Part shown: positions 10,801-22,886 of the stretch, in pieces
Layout of the letters: each line of letters opens with the position of its first letter
How positions within the stretch are numbered: position 1 is the stretch's first letter
Origin: Parvularia atlantis
Taxonomy: Eukaryota
Reading direction: 5' to 3'
Length of the DNA stretch: 39,301 bases
NCBI GenBank assembly: GCA_943704415.1
Contig: CALSCO010000613.1
Coordinates: forward strand, 1 to 39,301
Notes under the pieces: model-generated
The model's database searches: none
What the model saw: the letters and a program-made list of their open reading frames with translations, nothing else
What the model was told of the DNA's origin: nothing
Made by a program: the position numbers and the translations under genes

Positions 10801-13800
10801 GTTGGCGTCCGTCGTGACCGTCTTGAGGCCGATGAACTCCATCAGGTCAAAGTTGGCGTCGCGGATGTACCTGGGCGCCGCGCGTCAGTCGGGCTGTACG
10901 CACAGCGCCCCGCCCGCACAGGATCTTGCGCGTCCACCACTGCGCCAAATGGTCCGTGCGCGTGAAGTGCCGCACGATCTGGCCACGCACGATAAGCTGC
11001 GCGCCGCCACGCGTCAGCCCGAGCGCCCGAGCACATTGGCGTGCGCGCAGACCTCGAACCCGTTCACGCCCGGCTGGCTGATGATGCTCACGCCCGTGAT
11101 CTCCTTCGCCTTGTACACCTTGTGCGGCGCACGGCCCATGTTGCTCTTGTAGTAGTAAAAGTCGCCGTTGATGATCGCCAGCCACAGCTTGGCACCGCCC
11201 TCGACGATGTAGCCTGTCGCGGCCCAGAGGGGCATTGAGCGCGGCGAATGACGCGAGGTGGTGCGCACGCGCACCCTCGATCACCGGCGAAAACATCTCC
11301 TCGGGAATCACGTCGCTGTCCTCGTCCGCGTCGACCGCCTCGCCGAGCGCGCGCGACCGCCGGCGCTTGCGGTCAGCCGCGCGCACGGCCTTGCCGGCGA
11401 CGCGCAGCAGCATGTGGATCCACTCCATCGCTGCCTGCACGTCTGCGGCCTTATAGAAGATCGACTCGCGCGGCGTCGCCAGCTGGAACACGTTCATCTC
11501 GGGCGACGCGCCCTGCTGCACCGTCGGGTCGTCAGCGCTGTCGGTCGGGTCACACAGCCGGATCGACACGATCGTCTCGAGGCGGAAGCTGCTCGCCGGG
11601 CGTCAGCGCGGCAGGCCAGCGCGTCCGGCACGCACCTCTCGAGCGGCATCGACGACGAGTCCAGGAACGCGCGCTCGTTGGCAAACGCGTTGATTACGCC
11701 GTCCTGCAGCACCACGTAGCGCCGCGCCCACTTGGCCGTGCCGAACCAGCCTTCGGAGAACAGGTCGAGGAAGCCGTCGCGGTACACCTGCGGCCAAGCG
11801 CAGTGAGTCCGGTTGCGCTAATGGAGCGCACGTGCGCGCACCTCGCCGCGCAGCGTCGTCTTCTTGGCGCTCAGCGGCGTGGCCATGCCCGGCGAGGACA
11901 TGTCGGAGGCTGCACGCGTGCACGTCAGTCGGCGGCACATGCACTGTGCGCTGCGCCGCACCAACGCTCTGCGGTCGTCCAACGGTCAACCGCGGCGGCG
12001 TCTTGACGGCGTCGGGCGTCGGCTGTGCGGCCACACCGCCCGTAGTCTGCATCGCCGGCTGCGTACAGCGCGTCAGCGGGGCGCCGACAGCGGCACCGCA
12101 GCCCACGTGGCACCTTGTGGCCCGTGGCGTCACCCAGCGCCTTGAGCCAGCGGTCGCGCTCGTTGCTACTCGCGGTCTTGAAGCGGTGAACGGTCTGTGT
12201 GCGCAGGATGATGGCGAAGATCGTCTGCGGGGCGTGCGGGAGTCAAACGCACGCCAGCGGCCGCGGCAGCAGCCACCCACTTGCTCCTCATCCTCGCGCG
12301 CGCTGTGGTACTGCAGTTGCGCAATGTCCACCAGCGCGATCGACGTGAGGCTCTGCGCGTCGTCACGGTCGACAGCGATGTGGATGCGCGAGCCGAGCAT
12401 GGCCACCCAGCGGTACTCCCACGTGCTGTAGAAGAAACCGCGGTTCTCGAGCTGGCGCCGCCGTGAGCAGCCGTGCGCAGTCGATGTCCTGCGCACCTGC
12501 AGGTAGCCCTCGGGCGCCTCGGCCTCCTTCTTCTTCTTGATGCGCGTGACGGCACGCTTGAGGCCGCCCTCCTCCGGCGGCGCGTCAAAGATGGACACGG
12601 CTGCATCCGCGCACACGCATTGAGCGTCCGCCGGCCGCGAGCGGCGCAGCGCACGGACGCACCGCCCTCGGGCTTCATGTCCATCAGCACGGGCGCGGCC
12701 GCCGCCCCGGCGCGCCACTTCTCAACGTCCGCCGACGGCTTAGGCGCAGGTCAGCAGCTGAAGGGCACAGCACGCTGCTGCGGTCGGCACCTTGGGCTGC
12801 GCCGTTGGCGGGAAGAGGTCTTCGGGAAAGTACTTGCCGGCCTTGCGCGGGATGCGCACCGAGACGGTCTGCACAAAGCTGTCGTTGCTGCGCGGCTGCG
12901 TCAGGCCACGCGCGCACGTCGTGGTGCCGCGGCGCACGCACCACAGCTTGAGGAACCGCCCGACCTCGAACTTGTCGACGTCGCATATAAACTTGGGCAT
13001 CATCGCCACGGCCGTCTGGCGCGTCGCGCGCGCGCGCGTGTGAGGCACGCCGGTGCGCTGCGCCCCGCGGGACGCACCTGCGGCCGCTCGGTCTTGATCT
13101 CGTTGAGGAATTTGATTGAGCGGTCGGCCTCGGTGTACTCGTACAGCCGGATGCCCTCGCCCTGGGACACCGGCGCCGCGGTTCAGCCCCGCCCGCGTGC
13201 CTCTGAGCCGGCCCCGCGCACTTTGCTCGACAGGTAGAGCAGGCCGATGGATGGGTCGTAGAAGGGCGTGAACGCGCCGGGCGAGTTGCCCGCACGCTCG
13301 CGCTGCAGCGGCTTGTCCATCTTGCGCCCGTCCCACACGCACACCTGGCGGTCGCCAGCCCTGGGCAGCGCGGCGTCAGCGGCGCGGCCCCGCAGCGACG
13401 ATGCGGCGCACTTGTCAAACGCCGTCGTGACAAAGTCGAACGCGTCGTTGATGAAGCAAAGCCCGAGCCCCTTGGCTGCGGCGAAGTCGGTCACGGTGGA
13501 CTGCGCGCGCGGCGTCAGGGGACGGCCCTGCGGCGTGCGGCGTGCGACGCGCCCTGACTGGCGAGTTCTTGGCGCGCGGGTCGTACATGTTGAGCTTGCC
13601 GTCCTTGCACGACTGCAGCACGAGGTCGCCGGCGTACGACCTGTCAAGACGCCGTGAGCCGCGCACGCCGCCGCCGGCCCGCAGCGACGCACCAGGCGAT
13701 CGACAGCGTCGGCTCCTCGAAGCCCTCGAGGATCTGCAGCTCCTGCATCGTGCGGAAGTCCCACAGACGCATGGTCATGTCGCTGCGTGCGGGCGTGTGA

Positions 13801-14505
13801 GCGCATCGCGTCACATCGCGCGGCTGGGCTGCGCGCACCTCGACGCGGTCAGCAGCAGATCGGCGACGGTGGGATGGAACTTGAGCTGGTCCACGCGCTT
13901 CTCGTGCCCGGCCAGGTAGCTCTCGGCCGCGGTGAGGTCAAACACGAGCTGGCCGTCGCCCGGGAAGCGCCAGATCTGCGTCGTGCGCCGCAGTGTGTCA
14001 GACCCCGCCGCCTCCACCGCGGCACCGCCGCTGCCTTGACGACGCTGTCGCGCCCGGCCGTCGCGATGAGGCACCGGTCGAACGGGTAAAAGTCAAAGTC
14101 GATCAGCTGCTCGCCCGTGGCTGGCGCGGGCGTGTGAGCGACTGCGCAACAGCGGACGGGGCGTGAGGGCGCACTGCGGATCAGGTACGGCGTGCGGTTG
14201 ACCTTGCCCGGCGCGTCGACGCTGTGCACGGCCAACGAGCCGCTGAGGCCGCCGGCCGCGTTGGACCAGGGCGTGGCGAAGAAGCGGTCGTTGCACTGCG
14301 CGTTCGTGAGTCGGCTTGCCCCACGGCCGCGCGTCCGCCCGGCCAAACGCACGCGCAGCAGCGTCGGGCTGGTCACGGCCACGGCCAGGCCCTCAAAGCA
14401 GCGCTCGGGCACCACCGCGCCGAAGACGTTGCGGAAGCGCCCGGTGTTGCCGAGCGTGCCGGGGCCGGCGACGCTGGCGTGGCGCGAGAGGCTCGTGCTG
14501 CTCAT
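7849..14505 (-). CDS. Villidin / class-4 coronin: coronin WD40 propeller, 3 PH domains, gelsolin repeats (G2-G6) and villin headpiece; about 35 introns
   Basis: Coronin: GRFRNVFG, GHEKRVDQLKFHPTVADLL, SCKDGKLNMYDPR, PFYDPSIGLLYLSSK, RIPRKAGKYFPEDLFPPT. PH: WEYRWVAM...ERDRWLKAL, WARRYVVL...MEWIHML. Gelsolin: FVLDAG|ATIYQWNG, YFWQGRDSS, RVEQGKEPRHF. Headpiece: EYLSDEEFARVFAMGRDTFLQMPKWKQEQLKRQKKLF*. Confidence 0.92.
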
Positions 14506-14710
14506 GCACTGAAACGCGCCCTGGGGTCAGGGATCTCCGCCGCGGGCCTGGCGCACCGACGCCGTGAGCACGCGACTGTGCCGCGGCCGCAGGCCCGAGC
14601 GGCAAGACACAGCGGGGCACAGCAGGGGAGGGCGCGGGCACGCGAGACCCAAAGAGGAAGCGGCTGGAGGAGCGCGGGCGCATACGTACTCAACAATTGA
14701 GATTTGATCG

Positions 14711-17700
14711 ATGAGCGTGCGGGGTGCGACCGACACCACCGAGCGGCTCCTCGCGCGGCGCGCCGAGGCCGCGCAGTTCTGGTACGCGTCTCGCGCCGTG
14801 CGCCGTGGCACGCGCGAGTGACACGCGGCCGCACGCGAACGTCGCAGGCTGCACGCGCTGCTCGGCCGCGACGTGAGCGGCGACCTGTTTGAGACGCTCA
14901 AGGAGGGCGAGCTGCTGTGCCACGCGATGAACGCGATCGTGCCCGGGGCTGTGCCCGCGGTCGCGCCCGGCGGCGACAACGCGGCGCGCCTGGCCAACGT
15001 CGCGGCGTTCCTGCGCGCCGCCGAGGCCTTCGGCGTCCCGCCCCAGTTTCTGTGCAAGGCGCCCGACGTCGTCGCCGGCCGCTCCAAGATGAAGACGCTG
15101 CAGACCATCTTCATGCTCTCGTACACGGCCGAGAAGCACCAGGTCGACATCCCGTACCTGCTCAGCCCGTGCGTGCCGCCGCCGTGGCGTGCGTGCTGCG
15201 TCTGAGCCGCCGTCCCGCAGCGACATGAAGAACATCAGCAAGTGGGCCGTCGGCAGCGGCAAGGACAACAACAACAACAACAACGGCAGCGGCGGCGGCG
15301 GCGGCGGCGGCAACGCAGCCAACCTGCAGATGCCCGAGCTCGCGCCCATGGCCCCGCCGCCGCTCCTGCCGCAGGCCTCATTCTCGGCCGCCGCGCTCGA
15401 CGGCGAGGGCGGGTCGCCAATGCCGTCGTCGCCCGCGGTCGAGCGCAACATGGTCACGCGCCAGTCGATGGACAACGCCGTGGCCGGGCGCGTGGCCCAG
15501 GCGGTCGCGCCGATCAACTCCAAGCTGGAGCACATCGAGTTCATCAACAAGACGCTCACGATCAAGGCACGCGCGCGCGGCGTCGCTGGGCGGCGAGCGC
15601 TAACACGCACATTGCAGATGGGCGAGATGATGGAGAAGATGACCGAGGCGTTCCAGCAGATGTCGACGCGGCTGACGCAGGTCGAGACGTCGATGCAAGT
15701 GCTCCTGGCGCGGTCGGAGGAGAGCGAGAAGGGCCAGAAGCAGATTCTCCACGTGCGGCGCCTCGCCGGCGGGTCACTGCAGCGCCTGACTTACGTCTTG
15801 CGCGCGCACGCGCACGCAGATGCTCGAGCCGTCCGCCGCTGCCATGCCGCCGCTGCAGAAAGCCGGGCCCGCGCTTCTCGACACGCCCAAAATGGCGCGC
15901 AGGATCGGCGCCTCGCCGCTCATGAGTGACCCGGAGTCTGACCTCGAGCCGGCGCACGGCGACCTCGGTGCGCGCTTAGCGTGCTCAATGCGCTTGGGGC
16001 GCACGGCGGCTGACGCGCTGCGCGCAGTGCGTGGCCGCTTCCGTGCGCACACGGGCCAGCCGCAGCACAGCCGCTCGAGCTCGTCGCACCACGGTACGCG
16101 CGCCGATACCTTCGACGCACGTGATACGGCGTCGACTCACACCGCGCCGCAGAGCACCAGGGCTCCGAGTCGGTCATAAAGCACTCGAGCAGCCAAGAGT
16201 CGCTGGACGACATCTCGATGCCGCAGGCCAACACGCAGGGTGCGGTGCGCCCGCTGTCACGCACTGTGCCAACGCCGTCCGCAGTGAAGCGCCAGCGCTG
16301 GTACGAAACAAGCATCGGCAGCTCGGTGGACCTGTCCAAGCTGAGCAAGGTGCGCGGGGCGCAAGGGCTGCACGCGCGTGGCCGTGCTGATCTGATGCGC
16401 GCCGCAGACCGAGATGAACCGGCAGGACGCCGTGTACGAGCTCATCGACTCGGAGGTCGACTACGTCAAGGACCTTCAAGTGCGTGGCGCGCGCCACGCT
16501 GAGCCGGCGCCGCGCCGATTCTCGCACTTGCGCGCGCCAGGTCGTGATGGACGTGCACATGAAGCGTCTGCGCGAGGCCAACATCCTCACCGAGCGCGAC
16601 ATGACCACGCTGTTCTCCAACCTGCCGCAGCTGCTCTCGGTTAACAAGGTGGGCGCGCATGCGCGCTGCTGACGCCGTTGCTGACCGCCTGCCGCTCCGT
16701 CGTAAAGGAGCTGGCCGACATCCTCGTGCAGAAGCGCCAGAGCACGCCGGTCGTGATGGAGCTGGGCGAGGTGTTTGTGCGGCTGGTGCGTGCCGCGTCA
16801 GCGCAACATCCGCCGCCCGCTGAGCCCGGGGCGGCAGTACGAGTACTTCAAGATCTACACGGTGTACTGCAGCAACCACATGGCAGCCGGCCGCCTGCTC
16901 AACAAACTGCACTCGACCAACGACGACTTCAAAAAGATCCTCGACGTGCGCGCGTGGCGCGGCAGCGAGCGGGTGTTGCGGTGCTGACGGACGGCGTAGC
17001 ACTGCACCAACGACGTACCCGAGACGCGCCACCTCACGCTCGAGTCGTACCTGATCAAGCCCGTGCAGCGCATCTGCAAGTACCCGCTGCTGCTGCGAGT
17101 GCGCTGGCCAGTGGCTGTCGGCGGGCGCGCGCCTGACGCGCGTGCCCAGGTGATCATGCGCGAGACGCCGAGCGACCACGTGGACTTCACCAACATGCAG
17201 ATCGCGATCGAGAAGATCGAGTCGGTGCTGCAGATGATCAACGACCGCACGCAGTTTGCCGACGAGAGCCAGCGCATCCTCCTGTTGCAGTCGCGTATCG
17301 AGTCAAGCGAGGTGCTGTGGCCTGGCGCGGCGGTGGCACCGCTCACGCGGCCGCGCTGTGGCAGCCGCTCGAGCTGCTAAACCCGTCGCGTCGCCTGCTG
17401 ATGGAGGGCCTGGTCAGCAAGCTGCAGAAGGGCCAGAAGCCGAAGGAGCGCTACCTCGTCCTGTTCAACGACCAGGTGCGTCCGCGTGCGCACGATTGGA
17501 CGGCGGGCTGCCTAACTGACGGCGGCTGTCGACCCGCAGCTGCTCATCTGCAAGCCGCTCGCGTTCTCGAAGAACCGCTACCAGCTTGCAAAGACCGTCC
17601 AGGCCGGCATGTTCCTCGTCAACCCGGCCGCCGAGGCCGGTGCGGGACCGCCCGCCCCGCCGAGTGCAGCGCGCGTTGCTGACGCCGCCCCGGGGCTGCA

Positions 17701-19556
17701 GTCGACAAGTACTTTAAGCACTCGTTCCAGCTGATCCTCGTCGGCGTCGAGAAGATCGACATCGGTGCGGCCGCCTGTGGTACAGCAGCGGGGGTGCTGA
17801 CGTGCACCGTGTAGGGTGCAGCAGCGAGGACGAGCGCGCCAGCTGGATCAAACTGCTGGAGCAGGCCAGCCTCGAGTCGATAAAGCGCGGTGCGCTGCTG
17901 CTGCCCCGGTCCGTGCAGGCACGACTGAGCGCGCGGCATGCCAGTGCAAGCGTCACGCACGATCAGCAGCGGGCCGATCTCGTCGCCGTCGACTGAGGGG
18001 CTGACAGCACTCGTTGCGGAGAAGGCACGTCACGGCCATGCGCGCGCGCTCGACGCTGGCGGCTGAGCGGTCGCGCGAGCAGCAGCCGGAGCGCGCGCCC
18101 GCGGTGGACAAGGACGGGTCTGTACGCCACTCGGCCGACGCGCCCGGGTCGCGCACTCCCAAGGGTGCGCCGTGCGTGCGCTGGGAGGCGCTCGGATGCT
18201 GACTGGGTGTGCACGCACGCGACAGCGCTGCGGCTGCTCGGCCTGGACGACTCGTCCGCGTCGCTGACGAAGAAGGGCGCGGTGGACACGCTGCCCAAGT
18301 TTGACAAGCGCCGGCGCGGGAGCGTGGACGCGTCGGCGTTCATCCGCCCAAGCCAGCCCGACCCGGAGACGGTCGAGAACGTGGTCGAGGAGATATTTGT
18401 GACGACGCGCGAGTACACGTCCAACGAGGAGTACGAGATTTCGTTCGCCGCCGAGCAGCTCGTGCTGGTGGTCAACAGGCGGCGCGACGACTACTGGAAG
18501 GCGCGCGACCCTCGCGCGTCCGCGTGCGCACGCTCTGACACTGCGCGCGTGCAACAGGTGCAGATGAAGGACGTGTGCGGCTGGATCTTCTCGCGGCACT
18601 TGCGGCCGGCGGACGACATCGTCGGCAAGGTGCGCTTGCCTGCTTGTGCCGCGGCATAGCCACGCTGACCGAGGCGTGCTAGGCGACCGTGATCGATAAG
18701 CTGAAGAAGATCCCGAACTTCAGCGTGCTCACGTGCCCCGCGTACGCCGAGCGGGTGCATCGGCCTTGCTTGCTTGCGCGCCGCGCACAAGGGCCTGACA
18801 CGGCACGACACACGCAGCAAAAGAAGAACCGCAACATGTTCACGCTCACGCGCGCCAACAAAAAGGACATACGCGTGTCCATGAACGACCCGAGGTGTGT
18901 CTGTCACGGTGCACCAACCGGCGAGAGGGCTGCTGACGCGACGCCAGGCCGCCGACCGCGCAGCCGCCGCTCGTCACAACGCCGAGCGCGCACGGCACGG
19001 CGTCGGCGCAGGCCACGCCGCAGATCGGCAGCGGCGGGCCGATGCTGCCCATCCCCGCGCACGTCACGGCGAGCGTGCCGAGCAGCACAGCGGCGAGCGG
19101 CGTGGGCCACACGTCGTCCAGCAGCGAGTCGTCGTCCATGACGGTGCGCCCCGCCAGGCCGCGATCGCTGCCAGCTGACGCACGGCGCACGCAGACCAAG
19201 GTCCGCACCATCTCGCAGGAGGGCTTCAAGGCCGCGGGCCGCGTCTGGCGCAAGGTGACCAACACGGACGACTCGGCCTACTACTACTGCCCCGAGTCGT
19301 ACGAGACGTGCTTGGTGCTGCCCAAGAACGACGAGGGCGGGGCGTGGTTCGCCTGGGTGCGCGCGACGGGCGCTGTGTGTTCGCGCGCACGCTGCCGACC
19401 TCCTCACGCCCCGCGTAGGTCGAGGAGCCCGTGGCAGAGTGCCCTGGCTGGGTCGAGATTGACAACAACGGGCTCGTGTACTACTACAACCGCAACACGC
19501 AGGAGACCGTGTGGTCGCTCGGGCTGGACGTGACCGAGCCTGTGTCGGTCGTATGA
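14711..19556 (+). CDS. Dbl-family RhoGEF, CH-coiled coil-DH-PH-SH3-WW-WW; more than 20 introns
   Basis: CH: FW|LHALLG...FETLKEGELLCHAMNAIVPG...LANVAAFLRAAEAFGVP. DH: RQDAVYELIDSEVDYVKDL...FSNL...LESYLIKPVQRICKYPLLL. PH: RRLLMEG...ERYLVLFND...ERASWIKLL. SH3: EYTSNEEYEISF...DYWK|VQMKDVCGWIFSRHL. WW: WRKV..AYYY and WVEIDNNGLVYYYNRNTQETVW. Confidence 0.9.
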
Positions 19557-19794
19557 GCGTGTCTGCATTCTTGATTATTCTTTGCTTTCATCTTTGCGGG
19601 GGAGGCCGCAGGCGCACGGTGGCGCAGGAGTGGAGATCTTACAAGTGGCGGCCGCGCCGGCGCGCCGAGCATCGTGGCTGGGAAAAAATCGGCCTGGAAG
19701 GTTGGTCTTGGGGGTCGGATGCAGTGTCTCAGCGTGTGATGTGTGGTGTGCGTGGGTCGGTGGGATGCGGGGCGCGTAGGCTGCCCGCTGCTGT

Positions 19795-22186
19795 TCAGTC
19801 CCACGGGTTGACAAACTTCTTGCGCTCGAGGCTGTCCTGGCGCACGAGGTCGGCGCCGCTGGGGATGTGCCGCAGCTCGATCTGCGCCTCGTTGCCCACC
19901 GCGCCCGTGGACGACTCTTCCCTACCGCCGTTGGACGACTCGGCCCGGCCGTTGGACGATTCGCGCGCGAGCTGCGAGTCCGACTCACGCCCGGCGGGGC
20001 GCGACGTCGCCCCGTGGCCGGTCAGCGACATGTTGGACTGGATCTCGTCGCCCACGAGCTTGAGCTTGGGCCCAAGCTCGGCGTACTCGCGCTTGAGCTG
20101 CCGCACAGGCAGCGTCAGCCCAGGGAGACGCACGCGGGCCGGCTCCGCACCTTGTCGACCGAGGCCTTGAGCGGAATGAAGTCCTCCGAGCGGACGAAGC
20201 GCGGGTACGGGTCTACGCGCGTGGCATGAGGCCGAGCTGCCCCCTGCGCCGACGGCCGGAGCGCACCCTGCAGCATCAGGTTGAAGATGTGCCGCTCGGC
20301 CTCGACGAAAAGCTTGCTGAACTCGCCGCGGTTGACCGCGTCCATGTCGGCGACGGCCGCGTCTGCCGAACGCACGTCATGTGTCACCAGGCAGCCCGTA
20401 CGCGCCGCAGCAGCCGTGGAGCGCACCGAGCCGTCCGCGGATGCTCTCGGCCACGCCAAAGGTCAGGTTGACCTGCGCGATCGAGCCCTCCTTGACGTAC
20501 TTCTCGAAAAGGTCCAGCGCCCTGCGCGGTTGCGTCAGCGCACGTCTCGCGCGGTTGCCACAAGGACGCACTTGTCGACCACTTGCGCCGTCGGCAGGCC
20601 CTGCTCAGGGTCGCTCTGGCGGCGGAACGTGCGGACCTCGTCCCAGAAGAGGATGTTCTCGACCGCAAACTCGCGCGCGAGGAAGTCACTGAAGGCCACA
20701 AAGCCCGCGCTGGACGTGAGCACGATCTTCATCTCGGTGGCCTGCTCGAGCTTGAAGCTGGGCGAGCGGCGGAGGTACACGGTGCGGCCGAGGTGCCACT
20801 GCGGCGCGGCAGTCGGTCAGGCGCGACCGTGTCCCCGGGGCGCGCTCGCGCGACGCACGCTCTCGTGCACGGGCTTGATCGTGCGGATGACGAACAGGAA
20901 GGCCATGATCACTAGCGGCACGGCCGCCGAGACGCGGAAGACGTCGGCATTGATCGCCTTGAGAGAGTTTACGATCGAGAAGATCGCGAACGGGATGACG
21001 CCCAGGATCGCGGCGATGCCCGTCAGGCGCATCTCCTGCGCGGGGGCGTGAGCGTGGGCCCAGTGACGCGTGCGCGCACGGAGGGGGGACATGCGAGCGC
21101 ACGCACCCACTTGATGCCCATGTTGTCCTCCGCCTTGTCGCGGAAGAGCACGGCGAGGAAGATGAAGCAGATCGCGTACATGACGAGCTCGGCCGAGAGC
21201 AGTCCGGCCGATGGCGAGATGTTGCAGCCATAGGTGTCGAAGAAGAACGTGGGCGGGGCGGACGTCTTGAGCAGGAAAAACACGGGGATGATCAGCACGG
21301 CGGCGGCGCCCGTGATCAGGAGGAATATGAGGCGGCGCGACGCGAAGCCGAGCGAGAACTTGACACGCGCCCACCACTGCGCGCGCGCGCGGCCAGAGGT
21401 GCGTGAGCCGCGTGCGCGCGCAACCAGCAGCCACCGCTCGCGCGCGTGCCTTGTAGTCGGCCGTGCCCGTCCCGACGCCGACGATGTTCTTGAGCAGCGG
21501 CTCGAGCTGTTTGCGGTCCTGCGCCTTGCCGATGGCGGTCTTGACGACGTTCTTGTTGTGCGCGACGAGGAGCAGCCACGCGCGCGCGATGTACAGCAGG
21601 CACAGCAGGTTGATCTGCGCCAGCCGCGACCGGTGTCAGTGAGCTCGCTCCCCCGACCACCACCGTCCGTCGCACGCACGCCGATGTGGCTGTCCAGGAC
21701 GTGCAGCACGCAGGGCCTGGTGGCGCAGCAGGGGCGCGGCGTCAGCCACCGACGGAGGGCACGTGGCGCAGCAAACGCACCAGTCGGCCTGGAATAGCAT
21801 TTTCCACAGGAAGACGAACGAGAGCAGCGCCGTGACGATGTCGAGGCCGAGCACGAGGAAGGGCTCGCGCGCGCGCAGCGGCAGGTAGTCTGCGCGTGCG
21901 AGGCGGCCAGGCGCACGGGGTGTCAGCCGTTGCGGCGGCGTTTCACCGGCGTTCCACGCACTGCGGCGGACGACAGCGATCGCGCCGTAGACGACGTAGA
22001 ACGCCAGCACCGGCGCAAACACGACGCAGAAGATCTCTATGTGCGTGCGCGCGGTGGGGGAGGGTGGCGGGGCGGCGCTCGGATTACCGCAGCGGAGGCA
22101 ATCGCAGGTGACGCACGTTGGCCGTTCCACGGCAGTGGCGTCAGGCCGTTGCCGAAGGTGTGCGGCGTCGGCGCGGTCGTGCTCAT
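19795..22186 (-). CDS. Multi-pass (probably 7TM) membrane protein fused to a C-terminal RGS domain
   Basis: About 7 hydrophobic segments (IFCVVFAPVLAFYVVYGAIAVV; FLVLGLDIVTALLSFVFLW; INLLCLLYIARAWLLL; LIFLLITGAAAVLIIPVFFLL; ELVMYAICFIFLAVLF; IAAILGVIPFAIFSIV; AAVPLVIMAFLFVI). RGS box: FSDFLAREFAVENILFW...YVKEGSIAQVNL...FVEAERHIFNLMLQ|DPYPRFVRS. Confidence 0.88.
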
Positions 22187-22241
22187 GCTGGGCGCACGCG
22201 CGGCGACGCTGCTGTGGTGCGGCCGGGTGGGCGGCGGCGGC

Positions 22242-22279
22242 GGCGGGTGAGCGCGGTGCCGGCGGGTGAGCGCGGTGCC
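22242..22279. repeat. 19-bp direct tandem duplication (ggcgggtgagcgcggtgcc x2) upstream of 7TM-RGS
   Basis: Two adjacent copies, read directly. Confidence 0.8.
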
Positions 22280-22541
22280 AGCACGTAAACAGAGCGAACG
22301 TCAGGCCGCAAAGAAATGAAAAAGCCGACCCAAACACGGCCGCGACAGCGCGTTTCAAGCGGCGGCGTGCGCGGCGACGCGTCGGGACCCGAGGTGCGAA
22401 GGGTGCTGGCGACGCGACGCGGGGGCGGGGAGGCGTGCGCGTGCGGGCGGCAGCGGTGGGGCGCAAGGGCAAGGCAAGAAGGGCGGCGAAACGGCACTGG
22501 GGGAAAAACAACGAAACGGTCCATGCATATAGCCTTGGCAT

Positions 22542-22613
22542 GACCGCGGTGCCGTTGCGGCCGCGGTGCCGTTGCGACCGCGGTGCCGTGCGACCGCAGT
22601 GCGACCGCGGTGC
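22542..22613. repeat. Degenerate tandem array, five copies of gaccgcggtgc(cgttgc), in the divergent intergenic region
   Basis: gaccgcggtgccgttgc / ggccgcggtgccgttgc / gaccgcggtgccgtgc / gaccgcagtgc / gaccgcggtgc. Confidence 0.8.
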
Positions 22614-22886
22614 GCTCATGAGCGACCGCGTCCGCCGAGCTTCGGGGAAAGAAAAAAAAAAAAAGAGCGAGTGAACCACCCAGCGCCGCCGCCGTCACCG
22701 GTATCTTGGCAGAGCGGCGGCCGTGTGCACGTTGGCGTGCCCGCGACGAGCGGCAACGAGCGGCCGCGTGGCGCCCCAGGGGCGGAAGAGAGAGCGGGAG
22801 GCGAGCGAGGCGAGACCGTGGAAACACGGGGCCGTGCGACACAGAGTCGACCTGCCCAAAGCAGTAAAAGATTCTCCCTCAGCGTG

